Assembly: GCA_963719085.1 (NCBI GenBank)
Contig: CAVRAL010000001.1
Coordinates: forward strand, 800,001-864,000
Direction: 5' to 3'
From: a candidate division FCPU426 bacterium
Lineage (GTDB): Bacteria; Oederibacteriota; Muellerivitia; Muellerivitales; Muellerivitaceae
DNA length: 64,000 bases
Shown piece by piece: positions 59,478 through 64,000 of this stretch. The translations under genes were made by a program, and so were the position numbers. The notes below the pieces were generated by a model, which made no database searches, was not told the DNA's origin, and saw only the letters and a list, made by a program, of their open reading frames with translations. Numbering within the stretch: the stretch's first letter is position 1; every line of letters starts with the position of its first letter.

Positions 59478-60539
59478 TTAAATCAGCGGCAAAGGATTAA
59501 TCGCTTTTCCGTTGCGCCTGATTTCAAAATGCAGATGCGGTCCCGTGGCGTGGCCGGTGGAGCCGACCTTGCCGATCAATTGCCCGCGTTTCACTTTTTG
59601 TCCCACCGTGACCAAGATCTCTGAGAGGTGGCCGTAGTAAGTGTTATAGACCTTGTTGTGATGGATGATGATCAAGTTGCCGTAGCCTCCCGCGACGCCC
59701 GCGAAGGCCACCCGGCCGTTGGCGGCGGCGAAAACCGTTTTTCCAAAGCTGGCCCTGAAATCCAATCCCGTATGAAACTCCCGCTTGCCGTTGATCGGGT
59801 CGATCCGCCATCCAAATCCGGAAGTGATGGCCTCGCCGCCTTTGGTGAAAGGCACGCCGAAAAATCCGCGCTTGTCGAAATAGTCCTGCCATTCCTTGGC
59901 CATGCGGAGCGGATGCGCGTCCGGAATGAAAAGGACGTCCCCGGGTTTAATTCCCCGCCACCAATGGATCCGGTTTTCCTGATGGAGGATTTTGGGGTCC
60001 ACGTGGTAAGCGGCGGCGATCCTCGCCAGGGTGTCCCCCGGATAAACCATGTGCAGGACGCCTTTTCGGGAAAGGAGCAAAACATTCAACCCGATATGGG
60101 CCTTGAAAGGCAGGGTCGGATTGGCCCCGATGAGCGTGTAAAGATTGATGCCGTTGTCGTTGGCCACCGTCCAATAATTGTCGGTGACGTCCAATTTATA
60201 GGGGGTGACCACGACGGTTTTGGATAAGAGGCGGTTGAGAACGATGGTTTGGGGGGTGCTGTCGATCAAGTCCGAAGGGGCGGGTTCGGGTGTCGGGGTC
60301 GAAAGATTGCCGGTGCCGGGAACGCTGGCCATAGGAGCGGTGGTCGCGACGACCGTGGGGACGCCCGCTTCCTCAGCGTCCTCATCAACCGCGCCGGGCG
60401 TAATCAGGATTCTTTCGCTGAGCGCGTTTTGGCGGGTCACTTGAAAATGATGGATGGCGGCATAGCTGATCGTAAAGAACGCGAAAGCGCCGATCGTGGC
60501 TGCCAATATCTTCAAACGGCGGTTGGGCACAAACTTCAT
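59478..60539 (-). CDS. LysM-domain M23 family peptidoglycan endopeptidase
   Basis: N-terminal TM, LysM (GDTLARIA), HTGLD, YGHL and TGPHLHFE. Confidence 0.93.
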   Translation of the reverse strand: MKFVPNRRLKILAATIGAFAFFTISYAAIHHFQVTRQNALSERILITPGAVDEDAEEAGVPTVVATTAPMASVPGTGNLSTPTPEPAPSDLIDSTPQTIVLNRLLSKTVVVTPYKLDVTDNYWTVANDNGINLYTLIGANPTLPFKAHIGLNVLLLSRKGVLHMVYPGDTLARIAAAYHVDPKILHQENRIHWWRGIKPGDVLFIPDAHPLRMAKEWQDYFDKRGFFGVPFTKGGEAITSGFGWRIDPINGKREFHTGLDFRASFGKTVFAAANGRVAFAGVAGGYGNLIIIHHNKVYNTYYGHLSEILVTVGQKVKRGQLIGKVGSTGHATGPHLHFEIRRNGKAINPLPLI

Positions 60540-60540
60540 T

Positions 60541-62454
60541 TTAAGAGACGACCCCGAGAACCGCTGATTTTTGGGAGGCGATCAGTTTTTTTACTTCGGC
60601 GGCGATCTGGTGGGCTTCCAGCCCGCAATGTTCCCGTTGAAGCTGGGGTTTGCCGTGCTCGATGAATTCATCGGGAATGCCGATCTGCTTCACCACGCAA
60701 TCGCTGATGCCGTTGCGTTGCAAGGCTTCCATGACCGCGCTTCCAAATCCGCCGGCCTTCACGTTTTCTTCCAGGGTCAACAGCACCTTGTTTTTCCGGG
60801 CGATGGAAACCAATAACTTCTCGTCGATCGGCTTCACAAAACGCATATTGGCGACGGTTCCCTCGAAGCCTTCTTTTTTCAATTGGGTCCGGACCGCTTT
60901 CGCGACGCCCACCATGCGGCCGATGGCCAGCAAGGCGTAGTCTTTGCCCTCTTCCAGCAATTGTCCCTTGCCGATTTCAACTTTTTTGAATCCCGGCTCA
61001 AGCGCCACGCCTTCCCCGTTGCCGCGCGGGTAGCGCAAGGCGATGGGCCCGTTATATTCGGTGGCGGTGTAAAGCATATTGCGCAGCTCGTTCTCGTCCG
61101 ACGGCGCCATCACCACCATATTGGGCACACAGCGCAGGTAACTCAGGTCGTAAACGCCTTGGTGCGTCTCGCCGTCGTCGCCGACCAAGCCGCCGCGGTC
61201 CAGCGCGAAAACCACCGGCAATTTTTGAAGACAAACGTCATGGATGATTTGGTCAAAGGCCCTTTGTAAAAAGGTGGAATAGATGGCCGCCACGGGCTTG
61301 ATTCCCTCGCAGGCCAACCCCGCCGCCATGCAGATGGCGTGTTCCTCGGCGATGCCCACGTCAATAAAACGCTTGGGAAATTTCTGGCCGAAAGCTTTTA
61401 ATCCCGTTCCCTCCGGCATGGCCGCCGTGATGGCGACGAGCTTCTCGTTTTTCTCGGCCAGCTCGATCATGGCGTCGCCGAAAACCTTGGTATAGCTGGG
61501 CGGGGCCGGCACGGTGGAAACCGCGCTCTTCCCCGTTTGTTTGTCGAACACGCTGACGCCGTGGAACTTTTCCGGGTTTTCCTCGGCCGGGGCATAGCCC
61601 TTGCCCTTTTTGGTGACCACGTGAAGCATCACGGGCCCTTTCAGTTCCTTCACCCGGCGCAAAATCTCGATCAAGGTCGGCAGGTTGTGGCCGTCCAAAG
61701 GACCGTAATAACGGAAACCCAATTCCTCAAACAAAGTCCCCGGCGTGACGAAACCTTTCAAGGCTTCCTCGGCGTGATGGGCCATCTTCACCATCTGGGG
61801 CCCCACATTGGGGATCTTGTCGATCAATCCCTCGATGTTGCTTTTGGTTTGGTTGAAGGTTTTGCCGGTCAGAATTTTATTGAGGTAGCTCGTCATCGCG
61901 CCCACACTGGGCGAGATGGACATTTCGTTGTCGTTCAGGATAACGGTGAGTTTCATATCCGGATGGTCGCCGATATTATTCATGGCTTCCATCGCCATGC
62001 CGTTGGTGATGGCGGCGTCGCCCACCACGGCCACGACGTTGAAGTTTTTCTTTTGAATGTCCCGGGCCATCGCCATTCCGCAAGCGGCGGACAAGGCGGT
62101 CCCGGCGTGACCCACGGCGAAGGTATCGTATTCACTCTCGTTGCGTTTCGGGAAACCGCAGAGGCCCTGGTACTGGCGAAGGGTCGGGAAACGGTCCCGG
62201 CGGCCCGTGATGGCCTTATGGCCATAAGCTTGGTGCCCGACGTCCCACACGATGCGGTCATTGGGGGTGTCATAAACATAGTGCATGGCCAGGGTCATCT
62301 CGACCGCGCCGAGGCTGGCGCCCAAATGCCCGCCGGTTTCAGCGACGGCCGTCACCAAAAAGTCCCGCAATTCCTCAGCGACCTTGGGAAGCGCCTCCAT
62401 CGGAAGCTTCCTCAGGTCAGCCGGGGTGTGAATGTTGTCCAAATATTCGTACAT
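60541..62454 (-). CDS. dxs: 1-deoxy-D-xylulose-5-phosphate synthase
   Basis: GGHLGASLG, WDVGHQ, LNDNEMSI, DVGIAEEHA, YSTFLQRA and RYPRG. Confidence 0.98.
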   Translation of the reverse strand: MYEYLDNIHTPADLRKLPMEALPKVAEELRDFLVTAVAETGGHLGASLGAVEMTLAMHYVYDTPNDRIVWDVGHQAYGHKAITGRRDRFPTLRQYQGLCGFPKRNESEYDTFAVGHAGTALSAACGMAMARDIQKKNFNVVAVVGDAAITNGMAMEAMNNIGDHPDMKLTVILNDNEMSISPSVGAMTSYLNKILTGKTFNQTKSNIEGLIDKIPNVGPQMVKMAHHAEEALKGFVTPGTLFEELGFRYYGPLDGHNLPTLIEILRRVKELKGPVMLHVVTKKGKGYAPAEENPEKFHGVSVFDKQTGKSAVSTVPAPPSYTKVFGDAMIELAEKNEKLVAITAAMPEGTGLKAFGQKFPKRFIDVGIAEEHAICMAAGLACEGIKPVAAIYSTFLQRAFDQIIHDVCLQKLPVVFALDRGGLVGDDGETHQGVYDLSYLRCVPNMVVMAPSDENELRNMLYTATEYNGPIALRYPRGNGEGVALEPGFKKVEIGKGQLLEEGKDYALLAIGRMVGVAKAVRTQLKKEGFEGTVANMRFVKPIDEKLLVSIARKNKVLLTLEENVKAGGFGSAVMEALQRNGISDCVVKQIGIPDEFIEHGKPQLQREHCGLEAHQIAAEVKKLIASQKSAVLGVVS

Positions 62455-62480
62455 GCGGTCCTCTTAAAAGCTAAAGATAA

Positions 62481-62582
62481 TTTTCACCGCCAAGACGCCA
62501 AGCTCGCCAAGAAAATCAAGAATTATGGTTTTTCAAAATTCTTAAATCTTCCCTTGGTGCCCTTGGCGTCTTGGCGGTAAAA
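62481..62582. repeat. CGCCAAG-type palindromic element, copy D (intergenic)
   Basis: TTTTCACCGCCAAGACGCCAAGCTCGCCAAG ... CTTGGTGCCCTTGGCGTCTTGGCGGTAAAA. Confidence 0.9.
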
Positions 62583-62601
62583 CATGTTTTGTCTTCTTCG
62601 T

Positions 62602-63051
62602 CTATATCGAGTAAGCCACAATCGCCACGGCGATCCCCACAAAAGCCCCCACAAAAACCTGGGTCGGTGTGTGTCCCAGCAGTTCCTTCAATTTCGCGGG
62701 GGGGATGGGCTTATTCTTGTAAAAGTCGTCCACCAGCTCGTTCAGGATCTGGGCCTGTTGGCCCGCGGCGCGTCTTACCCCCGCGGCGTCCGACATGATG
62801 ACCAGGGCCATTCCCAAAGCCAAAAAGAAGACCGGCGAGTCAAAACCGGCCTCGTAACCGATCGAAGTCGCCAAACCGCAAACAAAGGCCGAATGGGAAC
62901 TCGGCATTCCCCCGGTGCCCACAAATAGGCGAAAGTTGATTTTACGGTGTTTTAAATAGTAATTCAACACTTTGAATCCCTGGGCAAAGACCCAAGCAAG
63001 CGTCGTGACAAGCACGATTTTCGAGGGATGGTGATGGATGAAAGGATCCAA
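62602..63051 (-). CDS. Divergent PAP2 family protein (DUF212)
   Basis: AQ..K, TGGMPSSHSA, DAAGVRRAAG and LKELLGHTP; TTG start just after the ispA stop with an AGGA SD. Confidence 0.92.
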   Translation of the reverse strand: MDPFIHHHPSKIVLVTTLAWVFAQGFKVLNYYLKHRKINFRLFVGTGGMPSSHSAFVCGLATSIGYEAGFDSPVFFLALGMALVIMSDAAGVRRAAGQQAQILNELVDDFYKNKPIPPAKLKELLGHTPTQVFVGAFVGIAVAIVAYSI

Positions 63052-63052
63052 T

Positions 63053-63949
63053 TTAAATCGTCCTTTCCGCCATGTATTGCGCCAGCGCCACCAAGGGAGC
63101 GGCTTTCGCGCCAAAGGGTTTCAAAACCGCGACCGCTTCTTGGGTGAGCTTGGTCACTTCCCTTTTCGACGCCGACAATCCGACAGCGGCCGGATAGGTC
63201 ATTTTACCCCGGGCCTGGTCGCTTCCCGCCGACTTCCCCATTTTTTTCGCGTCACCGGTAGCGTTTAAGATATCGTCCACGATTTGAAAAGCCAATCCCG
63301 CCGCCCGGCCATAACGGGTAAAAGCCGAAACCGTTTTATCGGAAGCGCCAACCAGAATCGACGGTAAACGAACTGAAGATAAAAGAAGCGCCCCCGTTTT
63401 GCGGCTATGGATAGAGTAGACCTTTTTCAAACTGGGCTTCTGCTTCTCCGCCAAGATATCGTCCACCTGTCCGCCCACCATACCCGGATAACCCGCGTGA
63501 AAAGCCAATTCATGAATCACCATCGGCAGGTTCTTAAGATATTTTGAAGGAATTTGAGTCGGATCTGAAACCCATTGAAAAGCCAGGGTCTGAAGCCCAT
63601 CCCCCGCCAAAATGGCCATAGCTTCGCCAAAGACCTTGTGGTTGGTTTTGACTCCCCGACGATAATCATCATCATCTAAAGCTGGAAGATCGTCGTGGAT
63701 GAGGCTGTAAGTGTGGATGAGCTCCAACGCGCAAGCAATACGAAGCGCCGCCTTCTGCGGCAATCCCACCGCATCCGCCGCTGCCAGGCAAAGGACAGGT
63801 CGAAGCCGCTTGCCCCCGGCAAAAACGCTATAGCGCATCGATTCCCAAAGTCTCGTGGGACAGTCCCCGCGAGACTTAAAGACTTCCTTCAGGGCCGCAT
63901 CGACGATTTTTTGCTGTTGGACAAGGTACTGCGTGATTGAAAAGATCAA
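63053..63949 (-). CDS. ispA: Polyprenyl (farnesyl) diphosphate synthase
   Basis: GGKRLRP, SLIHDDLPALD, RRG, AILAGD, KTGAL and FQIVDD. Confidence 0.96.
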   Translation of the reverse strand: MIFSITQYLVQQQKIVDAALKEVFKSRGDCPTRLWESMRYSVFAGGKRLRPVLCLAAADAVGLPQKAALRIACALELIHTYSLIHDDLPALDDDDYRRGVKTNHKVFGEAMAILAGDGLQTLAFQWVSDPTQIPSKYLKNLPMVIHELAFHAGYPGMVGGQVDDILAEKQKPSLKKVYSIHSRKTGALLLSSVRLPSILVGASDKTVSAFTRYGRAAGLAFQIVDDILNATGDAKKMGKSAGSDQARGKMTYPAAVGLSASKREVTKLTQEAVAVLKPFGAKAAPLVALAQYMAERTI

Positions 63950-63972
63950 TTGGTTTTCCTGGAAGATTTTCT

Positions 63973-64000
63973 GTCATTGCGAGGAGCGATTTTTGTGACT
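63973..64000. repeat. Start of a possible GTCATTGCGAG-type palindromic repeat, cut by the window edge
   Basis: GTCATTGCGAGGAGCG upstream of ispA; no partner arm is visible. Confidence 0.4.

Noticed and set aside
46858..62582. CGCCAAG repeats as a CRISPR array
   Set aside because: The arms are inverted and dispersed rather than direct repeats with regular spacers, and no cas genes are present.

Overview
A 64-kb stretch of core chromosome from a diderm bacterium (LptE, Omp85, TonB/ExbBD present); the lineage cannot be assigned from the sequence alone. Every gene called from 1 to 28765 is on the + strand: aroA, cmk, an adenylate cyclase, msrB, a GT-C-like/glycoside hydrolase-like pair, a DAHP synthase, plsC, rpsA, a TPR/barrel/ExbBD/TonB cluster, a FabD-like gene, der, plsY, gpsA, IHF/HU, MerR, 3 tRNAs, a sigma factor and apt. 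Nearly every gene from 28801 to the end is on the - strand: a tyrosine recombinase, Omp85, sppA, miaA, mutL, murJ, holA, lptE, leuS, recN, csp, an IOR-type oxidoreductase, dxs and ispA (rpsT is the exception). The most striking observation is a near-perfectly symmetric 28-bp dif-like site (11-6-11) that directly abuts the start codon and overlaps the predicted promoter of a lone Xer-type recombinase, about 2.3 kb from the strand-convergence point. This suggests a self-contained single-recombinase chromosome dimer resolution module at the terminus. Other highlights: a REP-like palindrome family inserted in frame into the signal peptides of two adjacent genes, a FabD homologue that has lost its catalytic Ser and His, a frameshifted ~990-aa TPR gene paired with an apparently plug-less TonB-type barrel, and several further palindromic repeat families. 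No CRISPR array, rRNA, transposase or prophage was seen. All calls come from reading motifs by eye; no database searches were run.
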